Positions 1-9,313 of a stretch of 64,000 nucleotides of DNA are shown one piece after another (the first letter of the stretch is position 1; each line of letters starts with the position of its first letter). The stretch lies in assembly GCA_902802905.1 (NCBI GenBank), contig CADCNT010000011.1, positions 2,004 through 66,003 of the forward strand, in the 5' to 3' direction. The stretch comes from an uncultured Erysipelotrichaceae bacterium (GTDB lineage: Bacteria; Bacillota_I; Bacilli_A; RFN20; CAG-826). Position numbers and translations under genes: made by a program. The notes under the pieces are model-generated. The model was not told the origin of the DNA. It ran no database searches and saw only the letters and a program-made list of their open reading frames with translations.

Positions 1-1649
1 ACTCCTTTTTTCTCTATGAAAGCTTGATAAGGAGAATATCCGGACGCGCCATTAACATAATCAATATTAGTTTGAATCCAATAATAAATAGCGTGAGCCT
101 TTTCTTCATCAGTTGTGCAATCTTTAACTAGTTCAAGTGCAAAATCTCTAACAGTGATCCACTCTGATAAATTGTAATCAAACTGGTCTAATAAAAGATA
201 AGGGTAGAGCAGCATTTTGCGATCAAGTTCTGTCTTACAGTATTCTTTTAACAATGTGTCTGCGATCTCGTAACATTGCTCATTGGATTTTAAGCAGTAT
301 TCTTCAAAGGTAATGGTAAGACTTGGATCAATAACATCACCAATCTTATAGACTTTTCGTCCTTCTAAATATTTGTGTGTAAGAGATGCATAGACTGTGT
401 CATTGACAAACACATTTGCATCTTCAAAACAATAACCATTAATATCTAAGCAGTCTGGATTACAAATAGGTATATCACCTTCGATGATAATTGATTTAAG
501 AGAGTAGCAATTATATACACAGCGTCTTGTAAGTTCTTCAACATGTTCTGTAAACACAATTGTTGTGACATTTTCGAAATACCATAGATCACTTATGCTC
601 TTACAGTTCTCTGAACAAACCACTTTTTTAATTAAAGATGGATCGATTGCTTCTCCATTTCCTAATATCTTGTAATAAGCAGAGTCATTGTTGATATAAG
701 AATATGGAAGAGATAGAAATGATGGGAAAATAATGTTTGCTTGATAGTTAGCGCTTAAAGTAGCAGTATATGTCTCTCCATCATCATTTAAAGAGTATTC
801 AATATAATTTAATCTAACTCCGTAATGGGCAAGAAGATCGATATTCGAAGTTACTTCATTATTTTCGAAATCCCATGGTTCACCATTATAATTCCAAGAC
901 AAGAAACTTCGGCCAATACTAGTTGGGTCTGCTGGCTTCGAAGTAACTTTTCCATGGTAATAAGCAGAAACTTGGCTAATTACAATCCACTTTGTCTCTG
1001 TATCTGTTGTTGGATCATAGGTGGTGTTAAAGTACCTGATAAGATAGCTACTGTTATAGCCACTAGGTTTTGTGCCTTCCACACATGAATATTCAATCGA
1101 CATTGACTCGATAGAGCAAGTGTGTGTACTGTCACAAGAAAGTTGGATATAGTTCGGGGACTCATTAAAGAAGTTAAATGACTGTGTTAAACCTTCTGAT
1201 GAATCCATTGTCGTGCATGCGTTAGATAAATAATAATTGCCAATATCTCCATTCACAAAGCCAAATTCGATTTTAACAACACTAATAGTGTTAGCAAAAT
1301 CTATAGTTATGGACTTCATGCCTTTAATTAATTTGTTTGTTGAGTTTTTAATAAAACCATCTTCAAGGATTGTTCCCCAGTTATTCTCATTGGAAGCTAA
1401 ATTATAAGTGGTAAATTCCACATCGTTACCACTCTGTGTCTTTGCATTTCTATAATAATATGTTCCAGTGGTATCACCATCTCTAGAAAGAACGTTAGTG
1501 TCTTTATCAAAAACTAATGTATATGTTGTTTCTGGATTATTTATTTGTCTTGATTGAGCATCTGATAACTCTGGTTTATTAACCGCTAAAAATAGAGCGA
1601 AAATAGTTAAAAAAGGCGCTAGAAGAAATAATAAAATTTTCTTTTTCAT
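1..1649 (-). CDS. Secreted surface protein, truncated by the window edge (signal peptide, LRR-like middle, start of a transglutaminase-like region)
   Basis: Missing from the ORF track because it runs off the left edge. Hand translation from ATG 1649-1647 gives MKKKILLFLLAPFLTIFALFLAVNKPELSDAQSRQINNPETTYTLVFDKD... The frame is still open at nt 3, reading ...LVKDCTTDEEKAHAIYYWIQTNIDYVNGASGYSPYQAFIEKKG. No competing long ORF in 1-1650. Confidence 0.7.
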   Translation of the reverse strand, partial: MKKKILLFLLAPFLTIFALFLAVNKPELSDAQSRQINNPETTYTLVFDKDTNVLSRDGDTTGTYYYRNAKTQSGNDVEFTTYNLASNENNWGTILEDGFIKNSTNKLIKGMKSITIDFANTISVVKIEFGFVNGDIGNYYLSNACTTMDSSEGLTQSFNFFNESPNYIQLSCDSTHTCSIESMSIEYSCVEGTKPSGYNSSYLIRYFNTTYDPTTDTETKWIVISQVSAYYHGKVTSKPADPTSIGRSFLSWNYNGEPWDFENNEVTSNIDLLAHYGVRLNYIEYSLNDDGETYTATLSANYQANIIFPSFLSLPYSYINNDSAYYKILGNGEAIDPSLIKKVVCSENCKSISDLWYFENVTTIVFTEHVEELTRRCVYNCYSLKSIIIEGDIPICNPDCLDINGYCFEDANVFVNDTVYASLTHKYLEGRKVYKIGDVIDPSLTITFEEYCLKSNEQCYEIADTLLKEYCKTELDRKMLLYPYLLLDQFDYNLSEWITVRDFALELVKDCTTDEEKAHAIYYWIQTNIDYVNGASGYSPYQAFIEKKG

Positions 1650-1728
1650 CTAATTGTCTCCTATTTCTTCAATAAAGAAATGCTATGTATCTATTATAAC
1701 TAGTGTATGAATATATGTCTTTTAAAAA

Positions 1729-1755
1729 AGAAAAAAAAGCGAGATAAACTCGCTT
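1729..1755 (-). terminator. Intrinsic terminator after the LacI-family gene
   Basis: AGCGAG-ataaa-CTCGCT hairpin (1738-1754), followed on the minus strand by T8 (complement of A8 at 1730-1737). Confidence 0.75.
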
Positions 1756-1763
1756 ATTTTTGA

Positions 1764-2768
1764 TTAGATTTTAGCGACTGTTTTTCCTTTTATCAGTTCG
1801 GCATCAAACTCCACTACTCTTTTTTCTAGAGATGGAATCTTGATTGCATCTATCAAAGTGTTCGCTAAAGCTTCACCGATTTTATGAGTATCTTGTTTCA
1901 TCGTGGTTAATGGATGAGTTAAGTATTTAGTGAATAGCTCTCCATCAAATCCCGCGATAGATATATCTTTAGGAACTTTCTTACCTAATTCTCTTAATTT
2001 ATGCATACCCACGATTGCAGCGATATCATCAGGATAGATAATCGCTGTAGTTTCTGGATACTTATTAAGTATCAATTCTGTTACTTCTTCAGACTTTTCT
2101 ACATGACTATATGGAATATGCATTAAGGAATGATCAGTAAGTTCAATGCCGTTTTCTTGCATGGCTTTTTTAAATCCCTTAATACGTTTTTCCGTCATGG
2201 AGTTAAGATCACCAGTCACAAAGATGATATTTCTATGTCCATTAGAGATGATGTAGTTGGTTAACTCATATAAAGCTTTTTCACCTTTAGTGTATACTGA
2301 GTTAACATTTTCTCCTTCATAGTCGAATCCAATACATGGGATTCCTCCATTGAGGACTTCTTGCATTTGGGAATCATAGAGGTTACCAAATAGAAGAATA
2401 CCTGCAACCATCTTATGTTCACAGTCTGATAGGAATGATCTAGTAGAACCATTAACATTGTTATCAATGAATACAAGATCATATCCATTTGCAGTCATTA
2501 CATTTTGGAATGACGCTAAGATGGCAGAGAAGATTGGTCTAGATAAAGGAGATTCTTTGTCGTTAAGAAAACCAAGGATACCAATGTTCCTATAATCACC
2601 ACTAGATAAGCTACTAGCCGCGTAGTTAGGAACATATCCTGTCTCTTCGATCACTTCTCTTACTTTTTTCTTAGTCTCTTCAGGAATAGTTGGATAATTC
2701 TTGATGACTTTAGAAACAGTAGATGGTGACACTCCACATCTTTTTGCAATTTCTTTAATTGTAATCAT
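1764..2768 (-). CDS. LacI-family transcriptional regulator
   Basis: N-terminal HTH MITIKEIAKRCGVSPSTVSKVIKN...YVPNYAASSLS, followed by a periplasmic-binding-protein-like sugar-binding fold. 334 aa. Confidence 0.9.
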   Translation of the reverse strand: MITIKEIAKRCGVSPSTVSKVIKNYPTIPEETKKKVREVIEETGYVPNYAASSLSSGDYRNIGILGFLNDKESPLSRPIFSAILASFQNVMTANGYDLVFIDNNVNGSTRSFLSDCEHKMVAGILLFGNLYDSQMQEVLNGGIPCIGFDYEGENVNSVYTKGEKALYELTNYIISNGHRNIIFVTGDLNSMTEKRIKGFKKAMQENGIELTDHSLMHIPYSHVEKSEEVTELILNKYPETTAIIYPDDIAAIVGMHKLRELGKKVPKDISIAGFDGELFTKYLTHPLTTMKQDTHKIGEALANTLIDAIKIPSLEKRVVEFDAELIKGKTVAKI

Positions 2769-2774
2769 ATTCTT

Positions 2775-2812
2775 TTTTTAAAAACACGGGGTTTATTTCG
2801 CCCCCGTGTGTA
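2775..2812 (-). terminator. Intrinsic terminator after surface-protein gene 2827-4611
   Basis: ACACGGGG (2784-2791) pairs with CCCCGTGT (2802-2809). The minus strand continues TTTTAAAAAAAGA. Confidence 0.7.
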
Positions 2813-2826
2813 ATTTTATTTAAGTA

Positions 2827-4611
2827 TTATAAACCAGAGTTATAAGCGGTTGCTTCAGCATTAACAAACACTATGTTGCCAGTGTATGTGACGTCGTTTG
2901 AATCAACAACATTCAACGTTAATGTTCCATCATTATAAGCTGGTGTAAAGTTTACATATACACGGCAAACCTTAGAGGCTGCAATATCATCAGAAACGCT
3001 TACACCTGTAACATTTACTGCTGGGTCATGTTCAAATGAAGCACTAAACGATTTGGCTTTGGCATTAAATGCATTAAAGTCATTAAATCCTAATGCACCG
3101 TAGTTAACCCATGTCCAAATACCGGCGCCTTCGATATGATTTCTTTGATTGCCAGTTCCTTCTGTGTACCAAGTAATTAAATGTTTAACGCCTGCTTCAG
3201 TAACTGCAATTGTTTTTTCAATAACATAGTTTTTTCCACCTAATGTCATTGTAACTCTTAGAGAAGCACTACCTTGAGCAACACCAGTAATGGTTGCAAC
3301 AGATCCTTCAGATGTAACTGTGAAAATATTGGTGTCTAATGATGCGAATGCAAATTCAGATGGGGTTCCTTCTAGGTAGAATCCTTTAGCAGCAGTTACT
3401 TCAAGAGTTTTTCCTTCTTCAACCGAGAATGCAGCAGCACTTAAAACTACTGGAGAAGCAATATATCCACCATCGTAGTGAGCGACTGCTCTATAAATCT
3501 TATTATTTGGACTATCTCTGAAATCATAAGTAAGTGTGAATTGATCGGTTAATCCAACCGCACCATTATGCATTGGTGAATAAATACGGAATGTATTTCC
3601 AGCAACACCTTGAACTTCGTTGCTTTCAATTGTGTTGTTAATACCTGTAACTGAAGAGTCAGAAATTCCAAACGCAGTAATTTCGGCAGCGGTTTTACCT
3701 GTTGATGTAGTGTCAAAATATGTAAACACCATGTTGCCTTGGATATAAGAACCTGTACCAAGTTCGACTTCTATTATATCTGCTGCAGCAGCGGTAATTG
3801 TAACTTCAATACTATCTAAGTAATCAGTACCATTGACTGTCATTGTAACTGTAACATTTGCAGATCCTGCGGCAACACCTGTAACAACAGCATTTGCACC
3901 ATTGCCAACAACAGTGGCGACATCTGCGTCATCACTTTCCCATGCATATGAAACTGTATCGCCATCAAAAACATCGCTCTTACTTGTTGTTAAATTAGCG
4001 TTTTCACCAACACCGATTTGCACTTCGTTATTTTCAATATCTACTGATGGAGCAACATCAGCACAGCCATAATAAACTGTCATAGTTGAGAATGAGAAAT
4101 ACTTGCCTTCTCCTTCAGCCTGTGCAAATTGAAGACCTCTTCTATTAGCGCTTGCAATTGTACTGCCAACAGTTAAATCCATATCGGAGGTAATTGTAGT
4201 AATTGTATTTTTAACTGGTTCGTCTAATCCTTTTTCATATAAGACCAAGCCAACAGCATGGCTTTGATCTAAACCACTAAATACTAATCTAGTGTAGCCA
4301 TCACCACGTCTGCCATCAGCTTTTGATGCGCCAGATCTTGTTGAGGTATAGAACACACCACCAATAGAGACAACATCACCTGATTTCGATGCTTTCTCAA
4401 AATGCCAAGTATCTCCACCTACATTGATATTGCCAGCACCATCACTAAAATCACTAGCAGAGATAACATAGCTGCCTTGGCTAGTAGGTGTGGCTCTTGC
4501 AATACCTAATGTCGAAAGATCACCGTTACCAATAATTAAAGCACCGGTTAAAACTAGGGCACCCACACCTAAAACACTAGCGACGAGGGTACCTAAAGAT
4601 TTTACTTTCAT
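2827..4611 (-). CDS. Secreted/membrane-anchored protein with bacterial Ig-like (Big_2-type) domains
   Basis: N-terminal hydrophobic anchor MKVKSLGTLVASVLGVGALVLTGALIIG. Two Big_2-like segments (...ANVTVTMTVNGTDYLDSIEVTITA, ...ASLRVTMTLGGKNYVIEKTIAVT). RBS GAGGAAAA upstream of the ATG. Confidence 0.75.
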   Translation of the reverse strand: MKVKSLGTLVASVLGVGALVLTGALIIGNGDLSTLGIARATPTSQGSYVISASDFSDGAGNINVGGDTWHFEKASKSGDVVSIGGVFYTSTRSGASKADGRRGDGYTRLVFSGLDQSHAVGLVLYEKGLDEPVKNTITTITSDMDLTVGSTIASANRRGLQFAQAEGEGKYFSFSTMTVYYGCADVAPSVDIENNEVQIGVGENANLTTSKSDVFDGDTVSYAWESDDADVATVVGNGANAVVTGVAAGSANVTVTMTVNGTDYLDSIEVTITAAAADIIEVELGTGSYIQGNMVFTYFDTTSTGKTAAEITAFGISDSSVTGINNTIESNEVQGVAGNTFRIYSPMHNGAVGLTDQFTLTYDFRDSPNNKIYRAVAHYDGGYIASPVVLSAAAFSVEEGKTLEVTAAKGFYLEGTPSEFAFASLDTNIFTVTSEGSVATITGVAQGSASLRVTMTLGGKNYVIEKTIAVTEAGVKHLITWYTEGTGNQRNHIEGAGIWTWVNYGALGFNDFNAFNAKAKSFSASFEHDPAVNVTGVSVSDDIAASKVCRVYVNFTPAYNDGTLTLNVVDSNDVTYTGNIVFVNAEATAYNSGL

Positions 4612-4663
4612 AATTTTTCCTCTTTTTTCTTACTCTACGAAAATCCTATTTACATAAGAATAT

Positions 4664-4679
4664 AGGAAATCGTTTTCTT
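4664..4679 (-). promoter_or_regulatory. Candidate LacI-type operator (imperfect palindrome centred on CG)
   Basis: Minus strand AAGAAAACGATTTCCT. The arms AAGAAAA / AGGAAAT match at 5 of 7 positions around a central CG. It lies directly downstream of the predicted -10 of gene 2827-4611. Confidence 0.35.
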
Positions 4680-4685
4680 AATAAT

Positions 4686-4714
4686 ATTTTAGACACGAAA
4701 AAATCATTTAGCAA
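4686..4714 (-). promoter_or_regulatory. Sigma-70-type promoter for 2827-4611
   Basis: Minus strand TTGCTA (4714-4709), 17-nt spacer, TAAAAT (4691-4686). Confidence 0.5.
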
Positions 4715-4746
4715 AACAAAATCTTTTATACTTTTAAGTATATTTA

Positions 4747-6054
4747 TTAAATTATTGTATATATCGTATGTGGGAGTAATTCCACTACTGAATGTGGGTC
4801 TATTGGGTTAGATAAATAATGAGTGTTATCACTCTTATTATAAATAACAAATAATAGGGCTCCGTTTGGTTTTTGATAGCAAATGGTTTCTAAATCTGTG
4901 TTATCACACTTGCTATAAATATGGATATCTCCAGGTTCGATAAAATGTGAGAAATGCTTAATCGCATAATAACTATAATTGAATTTCATCTCTCCCTCTT
5001 TTGATATCATAATCGGAGCTTCACAGTAATTGCCAACGTGATTTGGTCCACCTTTATCATCTAAAGATAAATTCCAATCGATATATCCTTCTGTATAGTG
5101 AGATAAATCATTAATGATTTGGTGAATATATTTTTCAGCGTGTGAGAAATCACCAATACTCTTCTCTTTATTTTCATCTAGCAACAACTCTACACATCCT
5201 TCAGACATCACTAGATGAATATTAGGGTAGCATTCATGAATTACATCTAATTGTTCAAAGTCTTTTTGTGAATACCAATGGAAACATATATAACTAACAT
5301 CATCTACTCTTAAAGATGAGGAGAATGTTTCTTTAACTCTATCTACAAGTACATCACGGTTATGATCCCAGATGCCAATAGACAAATTATCTAACTTATA
5401 GTTACTAATCTCTTTTAATAGATAATTAGAGATAAAGTCTCCTTCTTCTAAACCACTATAAATACATGAATCCCATGTTTGTTTCGCTAAAGGTTCATTT
5501 TGAATATTAATTACTTGGATATTAAGTCCTTCTTTTCTTAATAGAGAAATAGATTTAATAAGCATAGAAGCATATAAAGAATAATACTTCTTAAGTAATT
5601 TCCCTCCATGATTCATATCCTTATTATCTTTCATAAATGAAGGAGGTGACCAAGGAGAGGCAAACACTATTACATCTTTGTTATATTTAACAATACTTCT
5701 ATACATCTCTAATCTATCTTTATCACAGTCAATAGATAAAGAAGATAAATCTTCATTATCTAAATAGTGATAATTATGAGTAGAGAAATCACATGATCCT
5801 AAAGGATATCTAATTAGATTATAGTTAAGACCACTTTTAGAGAAATATGCTTCTAAATATCTTTTTTTATTTTCTTTAGACAAATAATTAAAGGATATAG
5901 TAGCACTATCAGTAAGAGCGCCGCCAAAGCCTAAATGCTTTTGATATCTGATACTAGAGTCATAACTAATAAAAGAATCAGGCTTATGAAATACTTTGTT
6001 ATTAGTTAATTCTTCAAATATATGATCTTTATTTGTATAGATAATCTTATTCAT
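4747..6054 (-). CDS. Glycoside hydrolase family 30 (glucosylceramidase/beta-glycosidase-like), cytoplasmic
   Basis: GFGGALTDSA near the N-terminus, acid/base motif INIQNEP, nucleophile region VMSEGC. No signal peptide. 435 aa. Confidence 0.8.
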   Translation of the reverse strand: MNKIIYTNKDHIFEELTNNKVFHKPDSFISYDSSIRYQKHLGFGGALTDSATISFNYLSKENKKRYLEAYFSKSGLNYNLIRYPLGSCDFSTHNYHYLDNEDLSSLSIDCDKDRLEMYRSIVKYNKDVIVFASPWSPPSFMKDNKDMNHGGKLLKKYYSLYASMLIKSISLLRKEGLNIQVINIQNEPLAKQTWDSCIYSGLEEGDFISNYLLKEISNYKLDNLSIGIWDHNRDVLVDRVKETFSSSLRVDDVSYICFHWYSQKDFEQLDVIHECYPNIHLVMSEGCVELLLDENKEKSIGDFSHAEKYIHQIINDLSHYTEGYIDWNLSLDDKGGPNHVGNYCEAPIMISKEGEMKFNYSYYAIKHFSHFIEPGDIHIYSKCDNTDLETICYQKPNGALLFVIYNKSDNTHYLSNPIDPHSVVELLPHTIYTII

Positions 6055-6071
6055 ATTATTTATTTCTATTT

Positions 6072-6100
6072 ATTATATAACACATGTACATGTATACAAA
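6072..6100 (-). promoter_or_regulatory. Promoter region of the GH30 gene with overlapping perfect palindromes
   Basis: -10 TATAAT (6077-6072). Palindromes ACATGTACATGT (6082-6093) and TGTATACA (6091-6098) fill the spacer/-35 zone. Confidence 0.4.
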
Positions 6101-6130
6101 AAGAGTCAGAATTGGTCAGTTCCGACTCTT
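6101..6130 (-). terminator. Terminator hairpin after paralog A (AAGAGTCA family)
   Basis: AAGAGTC (6101-6107) pairs with GACTCTT (6124-6130). The minus strand continues TTTGTAT. A small CTCTAC/GTAGAG hairpin lies at 6149-6163. Confidence 0.6.
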
Positions 6131-6174
6131 ATTGGTATTTATTACTATCTCTACTTAGTAGAGTTATCTAGTAA

Positions 6175-9003
6175 TTATTGTTCTTTCTTTTTACGGATAA
6201 AGAAGTAACCGCCGACACCTAATAAGGTAACGGAAGAAATAACGATGATTGCTGTTGTAGCATTCATTCCGTTATCACTAAAGTTGGCTAAACCATTGTT
6301 GTAAGCACCAACTGGTGTGACAGGAGCAGCACTAGTATCTCTAGATGCAAAGTTATCGGTAGAGAAGTATTTCTTACAAAGAATATCATATCTACCAGCA
6401 GCATTTTCAAGATCGCTATGTTGAGCTAATGCTTCTGGATCATAATTTGGATTTTCCTCATCAGTGAATATAGCTTGTTCTGTTCCAGAAAGTTTTTGCC
6501 AATAATCAGCTCCGCCTAAATCATTCCAAATAGATTGTAAGGCAGACTTATTATTGGTGTGACCATCATAGTTTTCACATACAGCATCGGTTAAACTCAA
6601 TAATTGTTGTGCAAATTGCTCAGCGGTGTAATTTTCGTCCGCTTCAACAATATCATAAGCAAGAATTTGGAAGCTGGTATTGTAAATAGAAGTAAATCCT
6701 TTAACTGTAACCTTTTCGCCTTCCATATTTGTTAAGTATTGGCTTAATTTGCATGTTTGTGGGTCACCATTTTCATCGTGATATGTAACAGTGTTATCGT
6801 TACCACTCTTTAAATAAAGATCAACAGTAATGGTGTCATTGCCTTTTGCAACTTCAACATAGTAATGCGAACCACTAATTGATGATAGTGTACCAGATAC
6901 AAATGTTCTTCTATTAGCTAAGCTTGTACTAGCACTTGTTTCTAAACCAGTTAATGTGTAATTGGTTGGAGCGCTAATTAATGCTTTTGCAGCAGTTTCT
7001 TCAGCGCCAGATAGTTTTGTAACTGTTGCACCTTGTGCTACTTCAACTAAGCCATTGTATGATGTTTTTGTACCAGTAACATGAATTACCGATTCATCAA
7101 CAGTCCATGTATTTTCTGATGCACCTTTAAACACAATCATTCCAAATGCACCATCCATAAGGATAATACCATCAGAATGTTTTCCGGCATAATAGCCAAA
7201 GAAATCTACACTATCACCATTAGTCATAGAATAGATGTCTTGAATTGAATCATACTTAATGACTGTGACGGTGAATGTAGCATTTGTGTATGTTTTGTTA
7301 TTTGCATCAGCGTGTGAAGCAGTAATTGTAGATGTACCTCTTGCAACAGCGTGAACTTTGTTGTTAACGATAGTTGCAACGTTAGTGTTACTTGAAGTGA
7401 ATGTACAACCATCCACTACTGTTTCTGTATTTTTAATCTTGATGACTGGAGAAACATCAGTATCTCCAACTTCCATATCGAAGTTTTCGCCAGATAAAAT
7501 AATGGATTCGCTAATTGTGATTCCATATGTAGCAGTCTTTGTTGTTCCTTCGTATGTGTAAGATACTGTGACTGTTTGGTTGCCTACTGTAGACATATTG
7601 TATCCAGTCCAAGTAGCATCAGAAGTGACGTCTGTTTGACTTTCGTCATCAAATGTTGCAGTAACAGTCATACCTTCGTGCGAGAATGCGTCTCCTTGCT
7701 TAAACGTAGTTGGATATGTGCCACTTAAAGCAATGCTAGATAATTCTTTTGATGCCAACATTTCAACTTCATACAAATATACAGGCAAATTATCGGTCCC
7801 CTGATGAAGATTGCTGGTTGCATAAGCCTTAACTATAGTTGCGGTTGCTGCATCAGATGTTCCTAAACCAAGAAATCGATTATTAAATGTAGTATTTGAA
7901 AGCATCACTCCAGCTTCTCCGTCATTGGTTGCTTCCCAAACAGAAGTAGCAGTACCTTTTGAAATATTTGCACTACTGGTGTTATTGATATAATCAGATT
8001 CTCCGCCAGACCAAACATCGTTTTCTTTAGCAACAAGTTGCAAATTTCCACTATCATTTAGTTTAAAAAAGCCTACATCATCTATGTCAGTAATAGGATA
8101 AGCAAGACCACTGCTTGCTACAGAATTTCCAACAAAACGAATTCCGTCGTTACTAAGTGCATAAATGCCATTGACAGAAACATCGTCTTTGTCGTCAACC
8201 TTTGTAAAGCTAGCAAAAGGATTTGCGGTTACAGTAGCATTGATAGTTGTGCTATAATCGCTTGCACTACCAGAAACAGATGATTTCTTTGAAGCTGTGA
8301 CCGAAACAGGATAGCTGTTAGATGTTGTTTTTGGAACATCAGTGTTAATAGACACATCGACTTTTTCAGTAACATCTTGTCCGCTTCCAGAGACAGATAA
8401 AGTTCCTGTGACAACTAAATCACTAACCGTCCATTCATCTGCACCCTGCACAGCTGTAATTGTAGCGGAAATACCAGTAATTGCAGTTAAAGATTCTTCA
8501 GCTTGTGCTTCGCTGTAGTTGAAAGAAACTCCAGTGATTCTATTGCCGCTACAACTAACTTCAAATGTGGTTGTTTTTGTTGTTGGTGTAATTGTTCTTG
8601 TCGCATTAGAACCACTAACAGTGCAATTTGTTCTGGCTGTGTAATTGCAATACGAGTTTCCAGTTGCGGTCATCGTAACACTATTAATTTGATAGCCAGA
8701 TGCCGGCACAAATGTAAGATATTGACCAGCATACATACGAGTATGTGCGTTGGAACCACCACCAAGATAATTGTTAGCACCACTTTGAGCAGTGCCTTGG
8801 TTTAGTGTCATGGTCAATTGAGTTGAAGACCAAACAACAGCAGAAGTAGAAGAAGAGGAATAACTATTGGTTGCTAGATTCCAGGAACCAGTTTCAGCCT
8901 TGGCGCTAACAGCCCTATTGCCACTTCCAACCGCGACACCTACTCCGATTGCCATCGCTAATCCGACGCTAAGCGCGGCAATCTTTGTAATAAATTTGTT
9001 CAT
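6175..9003 (-). CDS. Giant surface protein, paralog A (signal peptide, Ig-like and OB-like domains, C-terminal TM anchor)
   Basis: I place the start at ATG 9003 (MNKFITKIAALSVGLAMAIGVGVAVG...), preceded by GGAAAGGA. The track ORF begins at an upstream TTG. AKA signal-peptidase site. C-terminus ...NATTAIIVISSVTLLGVGGYFFIRKKKEQ with no LPXTG. Confidence 0.85.
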   Translation of the reverse strand: MNKFITKIAALSVGLAMAIGVGVAVGSGNRAVSAKAETGSWNLATNSYSSSSTSAVVWSSTQLTMTLNQGTAQSGANNYLGGGSNAHTRMYAGQYLTFVPASGYQINSVTMTATGNSYCNYTARTNCTVSGSNATRTITPTTKTTTFEVSCSGNRITGVSFNYSEAQAEESLTAITGISATITAVQGADEWTVSDLVVTGTLSVSGSGQDVTEKVDVSINTDVPKTTSNSYPVSVTASKKSSVSGSASDYSTTINATVTANPFASFTKVDDKDDVSVNGIYALSNDGIRFVGNSVASSGLAYPITDIDDVGFFKLNDSGNLQLVAKENDVWSGGESDYINNTSSANISKGTATSVWEATNDGEAGVMLSNTTFNNRFLGLGTSDAATATIVKAYATSNLHQGTDNLPVYLYEVEMLASKELSSIALSGTYPTTFKQGDAFSHEGMTVTATFDDESQTDVTSDATWTGYNMSTVGNQTVTVSYTYEGTTKTATYGITISESIILSGENFDMEVGDTDVSPVIKIKNTETVVDGCTFTSSNTNVATIVNNKVHAVARGTSTITASHADANNKTYTNATFTVTVIKYDSIQDIYSMTNGDSVDFFGYYAGKHSDGIILMDGAFGMIVFKGASENTWTVDESVIHVTGTKTSYNGLVEVAQGATVTKLSGAEETAAKALISAPTNYTLTGLETSASTSLANRRTFVSGTLSSISGSHYYVEVAKGNDTITVDLYLKSGNDNTVTYHDENGDPQTCKLSQYLTNMEGEKVTVKGFTSIYNTSFQILAYDIVEADENYTAEQFAQQLLSLTDAVCENYDGHTNNKSALQSIWNDLGGADYWQKLSGTEQAIFTDEENPNYDPEALAQHSDLENAAGRYDILCKKYFSTDNFASRDTSAAPVTPVGAYNNGLANFSDNGMNATTAIIVISSVTLLGVGGYFFIRKKKEQ

Positions 9004-9053
9004 AAATATTTTTCCTTTCCTATTAACTCCTGGCCCTATTGCCAGTGAGTGCT

Positions 9054-9063
9054 TTATGAACAA
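9054..9063 (-). repeat. Conserved decamer TTGTTCATAA upstream of paralog A
   Basis: Identical 10-mer, 50 nt upstream of the ATG. Also found upstream of B and C. Confidence 0.6.
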
Positions 9064-9313
9064 CTTCGTAAGTCAATTATCTTATTTCTCCTCCATATGG
9101 ATTTTCCTAACTATCCGGAGATACTTTAAGTTCGACTTACAAGTCTCATTAAGGAAAGTTCTTTTTTATAAGAGTCATGTGCACCGTGATTCTTATTTAT
9201 TTTCGAATTTCCCTAATTGCATCTATCGGAAACCGGTATTAACTAGGTCGGCTCTTTGACCAAGAGAGCCTAACCGTTATACGGTTTCCTCTTTTTGCAT
9301 GAATATAGGATAT

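Noticed and set aside
6178-6260. LPXTG or another sortase motif in the C-terminal anchors of the surface proteins
   Set aside because: I read the last ~60 residues of A, B and C and found no LPXTG-like or similar pentapeptide before the TM helix. No sortase gene is in the window.
6250-6262. N-A-T sequons just before the TM anchor of paralogs A and C as N-glycosylation sites linked to the pgl-like genes
   Set aside because: No oligosaccharyltransferase is present, paralog B lacks the sequon, and N/S/T-rich proteins contain many sequons by chance.
8867-9259. Plus-strand ORFs 8867-9259 (130 aa) and 12873-13388 (171 aa), which share ...ATPTPIAIA.PTL.AAIFV.NLFI
   Set aside because: They are the antisense reading of the conserved signal-peptide DNA of paralogs A and B, running on into AT-rich spacer. 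The shared motif is a mirror artefact. There is no RBS and the composition is poor.
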